From Aulosira sp. ZfuVER01 (GTDB lineage: Bacteria > Cyanobacteriota > Cyanobacteriia > Cyanobacteriales > Nostocaceae), in contig JAVRCV020000025.1 of NCBI GenBank assembly GCA_034530615.2, positions 161,453-225,452 of the forward strand: DNA of 64,000 nucleotides. Reading direction: 5' to 3'. The notes under the pieces are model-generated. The model was not told the origin of the DNA. It ran no database searches and worked only from the letters and a program-made list of their open reading frames with translations. Shown here one piece after another: positions 1 to 9,624 of the stretch (position 1 is the stretch's first letter; every line of letters starts with the position of its first letter). The translations under genes and the position numbers were made by a program.

Positions 1-355
1 AGGCTTCTTGCAACAAATCGGGATTCATGTTCCAAGAAGTGCGATCGCTATCGATAAAGACTGGTTTTGCACCCAAATAAGTAATCGGATTAGCGCTAGC
101 AGCAAACGTCAAGGTCGAACAAAAAACATCATCCCCATAGCCAACACCAACTAATTGCAAAGCTAAATGCAGTGCTGCGGTTCCAGAACTGACGGCGGCT
201 GCATGGCCTGCACCGACTACTTGACAAAATTCTTGTTCAAAAGCATCTACATGAGGGCCTACAGGGGCGATCCAGTTAGTTTCAAAGGCTTGTTTGACGA
301 ATTCTAGTTCGCGATCGCCCATGTGGGGAGTTGAAAGAAGAATTTGTTTAGTCAC
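1..355 (-). CDS. DegT/DnrJ/EryC1/StrS PLP-dependent sugar aminotransferase (PglE/EpsN-like), 5' part only; runs off the window
   Basis: Manual translation from GTG at 355: MTKQILLSTPHMGDRELEFVKQAFETNWIAPVGPHVDAFEQEF...AAVSSGTAALHLAL...TLTFAASANPI. Absent from the ORF track because truncated. Confidence 0.9.
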   Translation of the reverse strand, partial: MTKQILLSTPHMGDRELEFVKQAFETNWIAPVGPHVDAFEQEFCQVVGAGHAAAVSSGTAALHLALQLVGVGYGDDVFCSTLTFAASANPITYLGAKPVFIDSDRTSWNMNPDLLQEA

Positions 356-430
356 GATTTTAATTGCATCAAAAATAATTTCTGGGAACAGATCTTCCGG
401 CTCTGCAACTTGAGCCTATTGGTCTATCGA

Positions 431-1051
431 CTAAGAAACTTCTCTAATCACTCGGGCAGGCACTCCTGCGACGATGGTTTTGGGTGGAACATCTTTCCTG
501 GCTATTGCCCCCGCACCAACAGTAGACCAAGCTCCAACGCGAACACCAGGAAACACAACGCTACCCAGTGCCAGAAATGCACCCTCTTCAGCAGCTGCAC
601 CCCCTGCTAGATGGGACACAGCTATATGTACATAATCTCCGACAAAGCAGTCATGATCGACGCTTGCCTTAGTATTAAGAATTACATGAGAACCAATTTG
701 CGCATAAGGCTGGACTATTGCACCAGCACAAACAACTGTACCTACACCTAATGAAACTTCCGGGTGAACCCAAGCAAACGGATGAACCACGGTCATCCAC
801 TCAAAATCGAGCTTTTCTGCTAGATGCTTGCGTACTGCGTTAGATCCTATGCCCAGGATTGCATGAGAGCAGCTTTGAGAGGTCAACTCACTTACTGCTC
901 CAATAACGGGGATGTTAAAAATCTGGCTACCCCACGTTGTTGGGTTATCGTCATAAAAACCTACTACCTTGTGTCCCGCAGCAATCAGCGTACTTGCTAC
1001 AACTTTGGCATGACCTCCCGCTCCAATTACCCCTATTCTTGAGTTACTCAT
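431..1051 (-). CDS. Sugar N/O-acetyltransferase, PglD/NeuD/EpsM family
   Basis: IGAGGHAKVV N-terminus, hexapeptide repeats, VDHDC, GVPAR C-terminus. Likely start is the MSNS ATG at 1051. Confidence 0.88.
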   Translation of the reverse strand: MSNSRIGVIGAGGHAKVVASTLIAAGHKVVGFYDDNPTTWGSQIFNIPVIGAVSELTSQSCSHAILGIGSNAVRKHLAEKLDFEWMTVVHPFAWVHPEVSLGVGTVVCAGAIVQPYAQIGSHVILNTKASVDHDCFVGDYVHIAVSHLAGGAAAEEGAFLALGSVVFPGVRVGAWSTVGAGAIARKDVPPKTIVAGVPARVIREVS

Positions 1052-1742
1052 ATACTTTTTTCTTTTTGCTCCTAGTTGCTGCATTACTTGAGAACAAATT
1101 TTCTTATAGCGGCGATTACGATCTTCGCTCTTACTTTAGATAGATATTTACCAGAATTTTGTAGTTTTGATATTTCTCTATTCAATAAAATTGAATGAGT
1201 TTTCTCATTTTCTCTTCATCATATTGATCTGAAGGCTGAACTACAGCCATACTAGATTCTCTGCAATTGCCAGGGGTTCCCCAAATAGTGTTACTTCTTC
1301 AATTTCAGGCAGATGTCTCGATCGAGACGATGCTTAAGATTATTTATTGCAGAAAACCTACTATATAAGCTGCATTAGCTGCCAGCGTACCGATGATTTA
1401 TTGGAGTTTAGATTCTGTTTTGCAGTTTTTTCAATAATTATAAATTGATAGGGGATATTATGAAAATTCTTAAAGAATCATATATGTCCCCTATCAAATT
1501 TATCATAGTGCTGTTCAGAATCATTAAAAAAAACTTACTGATGACTCATTTACTATTAAAAATTAGACTCCTTCAATCATTACCATTGATGATACACACA
1601 TGTAATTTTTTACTCTCTAGAGTAGCATTTTATGGACTATGGCTGCTAAGAGTGAAATTTTATGGTTAGTATTTGGTTACTAATAGCCTCAGCAGCCGTG
1701 GCAACAAAGCTCTTGTGCGTATTTGAGCTATATGCCTTGGTC

Positions 1743-4700
1743 TTAAATGGCAAGATGCGTTTGTCTTGGTATCAGCTCTAATAGATTATTAGGAGCAGCT
1801 TGCTCAATTTGAAACTTCTCAATCTCCTGGGCAATTCCCGGTACGGTGGGAGATCGGAACAAGCTAATCAAGGGTAAGTTGACATTAAACGCCGATCGCA
1901 ATTCCGCAATTAATGTGACTGCAACTAGGGAATTGCCCCCCAAATCAAAGAAGTTGTCTGTAGTTCTCACTTCCGAGACTTGAAGCACTTTCTGCCAGAT
2001 TTCAATTAGGGTTTGCTCAATTTGGTTTTGAGGTGTTGTTGTCTTCAAAGCCTCGTCATCCTGGCGTACCATGATGGGAGCAGGCAATGCCTTGCGGTCA
2101 ACTTTATTGTTGGGGGTAAGTGGAAATGCTTCCAAGAAGACGAAGTTAGAGGGCACCATATACTCCGGCAATTGGGAGAGTAAATATTCTCGCAAGTTGG
2201 CATTGGCGGTTTGATTCCCTGGTTGTGGGAGTAGATAGGCGACAAGGCGCTTGTCTCCAGGCACATCTTCACGAACCACAATCACGGCTTCCCGGACTGC
2301 CTCGTGTCGGCTTAAAATCGTCTCAATTTCTCCCAGTTCAATCCGATAACCCCGCACTTTTACCTGAAAGTCCATGCGTCCCAGAAACTCCACATTGCCA
2401 TCCATGCGGTAAAGAGCCAAGTCTCCAGTACGGTAAAGGCGTTCTTGGGGATTCGTGCTGAAGGGGCTGGGGATAAACCTCTCCTGGGTTAACTCCGGTC
2501 TGTTGAGATAGCCGCGAGTCACTCCTTTACCACCGATGAGTAGTTCACCTGCTACCCCAATGGGAACAGGTTGCTGGTTCTTATCCAGGATATATAATTC
2601 GGTGTTGGCGATCGCTTTCCCAATGGGAACCACCCCATTCACTTCGGCCAGGGTATGGGTTGCAGACCAGATGGTGGTTTCTGTGGGGCCGTACATATTA
2701 TGAACTTGCCCGGGAATAATCTGTTGGAGTTGGTTGGCTAGGGCTTCGGTAAAGGCTTCACCGCCAACCATCATGGTATGGATCTGTCCGATTGCCTCTC
2801 TCGTCGTGCTATCGGCAATCAGCATACTAGCCATTGATGGGGTGCATTGCAGATGAGTAACTTGATGCCGCTTGATGAGTGCAGCTACAGAGTTATCTTG
2901 TGTCTGTGCTTGATTTGCGATTTGGCCATTGGCTTGTGCTTTCAACTGATTCAGCAGTGGCAATTGCGCTAATACTTTTTCTGTCTCCACGCCATAATCA
3001 ATTAGACAGGCAATTTCATCGACATCAATGCCTTTGATGCGATCGACCATCTGCAAACAGGTTTCAACTGTGCCAAACAAACCGCTGGTTTCAAAGTAGC
3101 GTTCAAAGGAGAAGTCCAACACCTCATCCATATCTTGCTCAGACAGATGAGATACGGAAAATTGACCGTTGTTGTTGGTAGTCTTCTGCTTGAAGGTAGG
3201 GAATGACCAAGCTGCTTTTTTAATCAGATCGAGGGAACTGCCCAGGTAATGCCGCATCGGCTGACGGACAATCTCTTTGACTGTATCATTATTTTCCCCG
3301 ACGAAAGTGTGCAGCATCAGGCTGACAGTTCCCTTGCCGGGATGACCATTTTCTGTCCATGCTTGCCGATAAATGGCAATTTTGGCGGCTAACTCCTCAA
3401 GACTTTGTCCTAGCAGGTGGGTCAAAATATGATAGCCTTTGGCTCCTGCCATTTGGAATGTTTCCGGATTGCCCGCCGCTGTCACCCAAACTGGGAGTTC
3501 GGGTTGAATGGGACGAGGAAGTGTCTGCACTGCCACAATTTCTCCCTTACCGTTGGGATAGTTGACAGTTTCCCCACGCCAGAGTGCCCTGACCTCCTCA
3601 ATTTGCTTGAACATGATGTCTTTCCGGTTCCCAAAGGTTTCCGGGCGCAGCACAAAGTCATTGGGTTGCCAACCAGCAGCGAAGGAGATACCAACTCGAC
3701 CGCCGGAGAAGTTGTCTACTACAGACCAATCTTCGGCAATGCGTACTGAGCTATGTAATGGAGAAACACAACTACCAGCGCGCAGCTGAATCTGGTTGGT
3801 GACTGTGGCGATCGCCGCGTTGGTTAGGGCTGGGTTTGGGAATAAGCCACCAAAGGCATGGAAGTGGCGTTCGGGAGTCCAGATGGCTTTAAATCCATTG
3901 GTATCAGCAAACTTGCTACCTTCAAATAACAGACGATACTTTGCGGCGGCATCTTCTCCTTGTTCGTGGCTGGAGAAGTAAAACAAACTAAAATCTACAG
4001 TTTTTGATTCATTTTGCAGCTTTAGCGTTGGCGAAGTAGAGCGAGCGCGTTCTTCCTTGGCATTATAGATGACAACCTTAAATCCTCGTGCCAGAGTCCA
4101 GAAGAGTTCCAGTACGGAAATATCGAAGGATAAACTGGTGACAGCCAACCATACTCCTGGTGGGTCGTGGGCAATTACACTATCCATCCCGGTAAAGAAA
4201 TTGACCACATTGCCATGCTCTACCATTACCCCCTTAGGCTTGCCAGTCGAGCCGGAAGTGTAGATGATGTAGCTCAAATTCTCAGGTTTGACCCCACTCT
4301 TGGGATTGGTGGTTGGTTGTTGGGCAATTTCTCCCCACATTGTATCTATGGGAATGATGCGGGCATCATGTTCAACAACTAAATTGGGAATCAACTTCTG
4401 CTGCGTCACAATGACTGGAGTTTGAGAATCTTGCAGCATGAAGGCCAGCCGATCTTGGGGAAAATCAGGATCGAGGGGCAGATATGCTCCGCCTGCTTTG
4501 TGGATTGCCAGTAAAGCGACCATCATTTGGTGCGATCGCTCTATGTGCAGACCTACCAGGACATCGGGGCCAACTCCACACAGCCGCAGATAGTGGGCTA
4601 GTTGATTGGCTTGTGCATTCAATTCGCGGTAGGTGAGTTGGCGATCGGCAAAAGCAATAGCGATCGCGTCCGGCGTACGGGCTACTTGCTGCTCAAATAG

Positions 4701-6416
4701 CTCATGAATACAGAGCTCGCTAGGGAAGGGTTGTGCTGTCTGGTTCCACTCCAGCAAAATTTGCTGCTGTTCGGCAACCGAAAGTAGTGGGAGTTGCTCT
4801 AAAGATTGTTCGGGATGCTCTATGCACGCAGCGATTAAACTCTGAAGTTGCTGGACAATCGCACCACTGTAAAACTCATTAATGGCCCCAGTATGTACCA
4901 ATTCTGGTAGGCTACCATCTTCGTAAGCAACGAAGGCAATGGATGCATTGAGATGCTGCCAATCCAGTTGATCGGGACTTGGCGCTAGAGCGATCGCTAC
5001 TGGCAGAAAATTATGGCGATCGTCATCTTGTAGTTCTGGATAACGTCTCAAGAGGCTATTTCTAAAGCTACCCAGCCGCGATGTCCGCTTTAGATCTGCT
5101 TCTAGGCGTTCTTGGAATTGATTGAATGTCTCCTCCGCCTTCACGTGAATGCGGATCGGCACTCGTTGGGCAAATATTTCTGGGGCAATGCTTCGCTGTG
5201 CGTTAGTTTGCAGCCCCAAGTCAAATTCTGGCTCTGTTGTTAGTCGCGCACAGTAGGTGGCAAACATCGTTAACAGAGATTTCGGCTCTACCTGTTGAGT
5301 TGGCAGCGAGATGGAATAACGTTGCAGCGAACTATCTACCATTTGACTAGATAGTTCAACTGGTAAATAAGGATGCTGAAACGGAGCTAATTTCATCAAC
5401 CGTTCTGCCCATACCGACTCATGACGACAAATGGCCGCATTCCGCTTGGTAATTGCATCTCTGGTTTCGGCATCAATTATAGGTAAAACATTCCCGACTT
5501 GCACGCCATAGTCTTCGATCAAGCTGTCTTCAGAAAGGTCTTTGCCATTTAAAGTAGTTAAATTACTCAACTGCACAGCACCATCTACGGTGGCAACATA
5601 CAGCCCATCTGCATCGAGTTTCAGCACCTGTCCGGGAATGCCGTGGGAAGTTTTGATTAAACGAGCAGATCCTACAGCAACCACTCCTCCTGGCAACCAG
5701 ATTTTGGGCAGACCTAGTTGGTTGCGAACTGGCCCAAACTCTAGTGCCCTTACCAAGTTACAAATATCTTTGCTATTGACATCAAATGATATCAGTGCGG
5801 CTGAAGGTGGGCGATGGCTGGGGCCAAAATAACTCCGTTGAGATAGATCTTGGGAGTAAGGCTGTACCAGATCCATTGTTAGTTCCGTTAACAGTTCCGC
5901 AAAAGAGCTGACGGCGGCATCGAAACAGCGAGTATTCAGATTAAATACGGTATCATCTGCTAAAATTGGCACTTCTTTCTGTTTGAAGATGCGCCCCCCA
6001 TCAATTTCGCAGGTAACTTCATGCCAGGTAACAGCATGATTAGTTTCACCATTTAGTAAAGCCCAAGAAGTTGCATACAAACCGGCATACTTTGGCAATG
6101 GTGAGTCGTGGTAGTTAATGGTTGCTTTGCGTGCCTTGGCAATAACGTCAGCTGGTACGATCCACTTGACGTTATTAATGCTGAAAAGATAATCGTACTC
6201 GCTACCCAAAAGCTGTTCTTGAAAAATAGATCGAGAAGCCGCGTGGTTGATGCCATGTTCCTCAGCCCACTTTTGTAAGGAATTATCTGTTGAATAAACT
6301 CCCAGCACTTGGCAACCTTTCTGTAACAGGATTTCCAAGCAACTTAATGGCAAAGCACCATCACCGACTACAAAACAGGAAAAGCTGGAGATTGGTATTT
6401 CTTTCACCAAGTTCAT
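1743..6416 (-). CDS. Stand-alone NRPS-like protein: formyltransferase - degenerate C-like linker - adenylation domain interrupted by a MupA/Atu3671-type luciferase-like monooxygenase - PCP
   Basis: INYHDSPLPKYAG/DGG (formyltransferase); A3 YTSGSTGKPKG, A4 FDISV; LLM insert FSLFYF...WTPERHFHAFGGLFPNP (~2940-4000); A5 NMYGPTETTIW, A7 YRTGDL, A8 GRMDFQVKVRGYRIELGEIE, A10 NNKVDRK; PCP FFDLGGNSL. Confidence 0.9.
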   Translation of the reverse strand: MNLVKEIPISSFSCFVVGDGALPLSCLEILLQKGCQVLGVYSTDNSLQKWAEEHGINHAASRSIFQEQLLGSEYDYLFSINNVKWIVPADVIAKARKATINYHDSPLPKYAGLYATSWALLNGETNHAVTWHEVTCEIDGGRIFKQKEVPILADDTVFNLNTRCFDAAVSSFAELLTELTMDLVQPYSQDLSQRSYFGPSHRPPSAALISFDVNSKDICNLVRALEFGPVRNQLGLPKIWLPGGVVAVGSARLIKTSHGIPGQVLKLDADGLYVATVDGAVQLSNLTTLNGKDLSEDSLIEDYGVQVGNVLPIIDAETRDAITKRNAAICRHESVWAERLMKLAPFQHPYLPVELSSQMVDSSLQRYSISLPTQQVEPKSLLTMFATYCARLTTEPEFDLGLQTNAQRSIAPEIFAQRVPIRIHVKAEETFNQFQERLEADLKRTSRLGSFRNSLLRRYPELQDDDRHNFLPVAIALAPSPDQLDWQHLNASIAFVAYEDGSLPELVHTGAINEFYSGAIVQQLQSLIAACIEHPEQSLEQLPLLSVAEQQQILLEWNQTAQPFPSELCIHELFEQQVARTPDAIAIAFADRQLTYRELNAQANQLAHYLRLCGVGPDVLVGLHIERSHQMMVALLAIHKAGGAYLPLDPDFPQDRLAFMLQDSQTPVIVTQQKLIPNLVVEHDARIIPIDTMWGEIAQQPTTNPKSGVKPENLSYIIYTSGSTGKPKGVMVEHGNVVNFFTGMDSVIAHDPPGVWLAVTSLSFDISVLELFWTLARGFKVVIYNAKEERARSTSPTLKLQNESKTVDFSLFYFSSHEQGEDAAAKYRLLFEGSKFADTNGFKAIWTPERHFHAFGGLFPNPALTNAAIATVTNQIQLRAGSCVSPLHSSVRIAEDWSVVDNFSGGRVGISFAAGWQPNDFVLRPETFGNRKDIMFKQIEEVRALWRGETVNYPNGKGEIVAVQTLPRPIQPELPVWVTAAGNPETFQMAGAKGYHILTHLLGQSLEELAAKIAIYRQAWTENGHPGKGTVSLMLHTFVGENNDTVKEIVRQPMRHYLGSSLDLIKKAAWSFPTFKQKTTNNNGQFSVSHLSEQDMDEVLDFSFERYFETSGLFGTVETCLQMVDRIKGIDVDEIACLIDYGVETEKVLAQLPLLNQLKAQANGQIANQAQTQDNSVAALIKRHQVTHLQCTPSMASMLIADSTTREAIGQIHTMMVGGEAFTEALANQLQQIIPGQVHNMYGPTETTIWSATHTLAEVNGVVPIGKAIANTELYILDKNQQPVPIGVAGELLIGGKGVTRGYLNRPELTQERFIPSPFSTNPQERLYRTGDLALYRMDGNVEFLGRMDFQVKVRGYRIELGEIETILSRHEAVREAVIVVREDVPGDKRLVAYLLPQPGNQTANANLREYLLSQLPEYMVPSNFVFLEAFPLTPNNKVDRKALPAPIMVRQDDEALKTTTPQNQIEQTLIEIWQKVLQVSEVRTTDNFFDLGGNSLVAVTLIAELRSAFNVNLPLISLFRSPTVPGIAQEIEKFQIEQAAPNNLLELIPRQTHLAI

Positions 6417-6543
6417 AATTTATTTATCCTCGTAAATATAAAAAAACTTTTTAGATATACATTGAAAATTTAGGATAGTTAAAAAAACGATACACAGGTA
6501 TCAGCGTTAGATGGCATCTAGGTTTCAGGTTGGCGGATTGGGA

Positions 6544-7671
6544 TTATGCCAATATGTATTGCCGAATGCGATCGGCAATTTTTTGGCTAGCACTGTCAGC
6601 TGCCACTAGTTCAATCTGTTCTGAGGTAGACACCCCTAAACCCAATTCCACTGCTTTGCGAATCTGTTCTAACTGCCAAATAGATCCTTGCGTCACTCGA
6701 TCTGTTGTTCCCAGAGAGCGCAACATTCCCAAAGCAACGACATCAATGGCTATCCGATCTGTACTTGCCAGAATCACATTTGCAGCAACCTTTTTCCCAG
6801 AATCCGGCCCTCCGTCTACAAAGGCTTCGACACCATCCATTAACACCAGAGTAGGCTGATAGACGGCATTGATTTCCGCGATCATCGGTTGCATGTGCGA
6901 GGAAGTATGGAGATCGCGCATATAGTTAAATGGATCGCCGGGAACATACTTCGCTACCATGCCTACAGTATTTTTCAGGGACAAGGTATAATGCGCTCCC
7001 CGATGAGTTTTCAGACAACAGGTATTGACAACTGCTTCTGCCTCTAGAACTGGCCGCGCAAAGGCGAAACCTTCCTTCCAGTGGGTTCCTTTTGCGGAAA
7101 AGTATTGCCACTGCTCGGTAGACAGCTCATCAAACACGATCGCCTCTAGCCCATAGCGATCTGCCAGTTGAAACACTCCTTTGAGTTCCATTGCTTGACG
7201 GGTGTTTGCCATGCCGGCGCGATCGCCCACAGTAATTTTCCCAGCGCCAGCATTTTGTAGCTCTTGCACCAAGGCTTCTAACATTTTGCTATCTGTGGCT
7301 GCCGGAGCTGGATCGGCAGTATTAAAGTTAGGCTTGAGGAAAACTTTTTTTCCCTGAATACCGCTTGGCTGCAACAAGTCAAGAGCGCGGCGGGTTCCAG
7401 ATACCCGATCTTCACTGTGGACTATGACAACTTTCCTAATGCCAGTAGGTTGTGGTAAGGGCACTACTCTCATGGCATCGGTTTGCTTTGCATGAGCAGC
7501 ATCCAGAATCGATCCAGATGTTTTCAGCGTGTGAATAACGGAGCTAGGAGAAAAACCAGATGTTTTCAGGTTGGAAAAAATATAGGGAGAAATTACTGCT
7601 CCCGCTGTCAGTCCAGCCAAGCGAAGGAAATTACGCCTTTTTTGTTTGAGATTGAGAGAGTGAATATGCAT
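6544..7671 (-). CDS. DUF362 domain protein with twin-arginine signal
   Basis: KRRNFLRLAG Tat motif; KVFLKPNF, LKTH, TLSLKN, DRIAIDVVA motifs typical of DUF362. Confidence 0.75.
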   Translation of the reverse strand: MHIHSLNLKQKRRNFLRLAGLTAGAVISPYIFSNLKTSGFSPSSVIHTLKTSGSILDAAHAKQTDAMRVVPLPQPTGIRKVVIVHSEDRVSGTRRALDLLQPSGIQGKKVFLKPNFNTADPAPAATDSKMLEALVQELQNAGAGKITVGDRAGMANTRQAMELKGVFQLADRYGLEAIVFDELSTEQWQYFSAKGTHWKEGFAFARPVLEAEAVVNTCCLKTHRGAHYTLSLKNTVGMVAKYVPGDPFNYMRDLHTSSHMQPMIAEINAVYQPTLVLMDGVEAFVDGGPDSGKKVAANVILASTDRIAIDVVALGMLRSLGTTDRVTQGSIWQLEQIRKAVELGLGVSTSEQIELVAADSASQKIADRIRQYILA

Positions 7672-7924
7672 AACACTGCTTGTGAAGGAAATGCTTTCTG
7701 TCTAGTTATTATGAGGAATCTGATTTGCTCCCGGCCAATACTCGCAAAGTAGGCGATTCGATTAGTGCCTAGATTCGCAAACATCAAATCTTATGCCTCT
7801 AGCAGAATTTAATCACCGAATTTTAGATTTTCAATTAAGAGAATTGAAAGTTCAAAATTTAAAATTTTAAAATGCCACAAAGCTAGCAAATCTACTTATG
7901 TAAAAAATCTAAAATCTAAAATTG

Positions 7925-8581
7925 TTAAATGCGTATGAAATTGCTTGGCACGTCAAACTTTGCAGTTTCTCCTGGAGAGTAGACTGCCCGATCTTCTGTA
8001 TGACTAAGAACGATCGCGCCTGCACCAATAATATTTTCTTTACCGATATTAATATAATTGCGGATAGTAGCATTCAAACCAATAAAAGTATATTCTCCTA
8101 TGGTTGCTCCACCACCAATCACGACATCAGAGGTTAGAAAGCAATGATCCTCGATCGTACAGTGATGACCGATATGATTTGCTCCTAAGAGCAGACAGTT
8201 GTTGCCAATCGAAGAGAAAGGTTGAATAATGCTATGTTCAAGAATGAAGGAGTTTTCGCCCAATTGCGTACCGTGATAAGATGCTTTAGAACTGATGTAT
8301 GAAATACAGCTATAGCCACGCTTTTTGGCATTAAAATATTTTTCTGCTCGTAATTTGTTGACATTTTTATAACTAATTGCAATGAACAATTTGTACTCAG
8401 AAGGTGGATAATACTTCTCAAGTTTCTCATAAGGGACAAGTGGTAGACCATTGAAGCTCTCTGCTTGAAGGTAAGCTTCATCAACAGTAAATCCAACTAC
8501 CTCATGTTCAGAATCATGTTTGAGATAGTAGTGAACTATTTCTGCAATCTCACTAGTTCCAAAAATAACAACTTGCGCCAT
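7925..8581 (-). CDS. Acetyltransferase, NeuD/PglD-like hexapeptide-repeat family
   Basis: VVIFGTSEIAE, NHIGHHCTIEDHCF, hexapeptide repeats; AGGAGA upstream of the MAQV ATG at 8581. Confidence 0.85.
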   Translation of the reverse strand: MAQVVIFGTSEIAEIVHYYLKHDSEHEVVGFTVDEAYLQAESFNGLPLVPYEKLEKYYPPSEYKLFIAISYKNVNKLRAEKYFNAKKRGYSCISYISSKASYHGTQLGENSFILEHSIIQPFSSIGNNCLLLGANHIGHHCTIEDHCFLTSDVVIGGGATIGEYTFIGLNATIRNYINIGKENIIGAGAIVLSHTEDRAVYSPGETAKFDVPSNFIRI

Positions 8582-8595
8582 AAGACAATTTTCTC

Positions 8596-9609
8596 CTACT
8601 GTTGATGAACGATTAAGCGATCGCACTTGGAACTTATAACGTTAGCTGCGAACATCTGCCAACTTGGCTCTGGTTCTACACCATTAGCCCAAGCTATTAA
8701 CATTGCTGGCAGATTTGCTCCAGCACAATGTGAAAATGGATATCCTCCACCAAAGCGGGGGTTCATTTCTAGAACATAGCAACCTCTAGAATTGACAATT
8801 ACATCACAGTCAAGATTGCCAATATGACTGAGTTTACGGGCTATTTCTTGACCAATATTTTGAAGTTTTTGCTCTGCGACTGTGACTGCGCGATCGGTCT
8901 CTCCCGCACGCATACCCAGTTTACGTTTCACAAAAGTTGTCACATATTCGCCATCCAAATTATTAATGATATCTAGACCGTATTCTTCACCTAATACTCG
9001 CTCTTGGATTAGAATACAATTCTCGATATCACATGCACTAACATCCGCGAGAATTGTGCGACATATTTTTTTCTGTACATACCGATATGCTAATTCTAAT
9101 TCTTCATCATCTTCGGGATATTCAATTCCAATTGAGGCGCTTCCCCAGCGAGGTTTGACTACTAAAGGAAAAGTTATTTCTCCTTGTTGAATAGCTTCTT
9201 GTACTGCTCTGACAGAAAGATAAGTTTTTGGAGAAGAAAGACCGATATTCTCTAAAAATTGAAATGTGGCAAACTTATCAAAACAGATATTGATAACTTC
9301 TGGAGAGGAAACAACTGGAATAGTGCCGATTGTCAGAAAGCGATCGCGTTGTTCTGCTAGGTACGGTAATTCTAAATCGTTCAACGGAATTAACAAGCGT
9401 ACCTGTTTTTGCTGACAGATATCCAACAAGTTATCGAAATAATCGCTGTGATGGATAGGCGGTAACAAAAAATATTCATCTGCTTCTTGTAACGCTGGTG
9501 CTTCCAGATTAGAATCAGTAGCAAACACTTGTCCTCGATTTCCTAGCGCTTCTTGGAAGAATTTCACTAGATAGTTGCGTCTTCCCGCACAAGTCAATAT
9601 GACATTCAT
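8596..9609 (-). CDS. ATP-grasp domain protein (CPS-like, EPS-associated)
   Basis: MNVILTCAGRR, DKF, VVKPRWGSAS, EMNPRFGGGYP. Confidence 0.88.
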   Translation of the reverse strand: MNVILTCAGRRNYLVKFFQEALGNRGQVFATDSNLEAPALQEADEYFLLPPIHHSDYFDNLLDICQQKQVRLLIPLNDLELPYLAEQRDRFLTIGTIPVVSSPEVINICFDKFATFQFLENIGLSSPKTYLSVRAVQEAIQQGEITFPLVVKPRWGSASIGIEYPEDDEELELAYRYVQKKICRTILADVSACDIENCILIQERVLGEEYGLDIINNLDGEYVTTFVKRKLGMRAGETDRAVTVAEQKLQNIGQEIARKLSHIGNLDCDVIVNSRGCYVLEMNPRFGGGYPFSHCAGANLPAMLIAWANGVEPEPSWQMFAANVISSKCDRLIVHQQ

Positions 9610-9624
9610 ATCAGGTTTTACCTC

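Noticed and set aside
1445..1669. Short ORFs in AT-rich intergenic DNA (also 33435-33665, 33906-34088, 39566-39829)
   Set aside because: No motifs, weak starts, composition like non-coding DNA.
2045..6256. Numerous 60-110-aa ORFs overlapping the NRPS-like gene and other long CDSs
   Set aside because: Antisense or alternate-frame by-products of well-supported genes.
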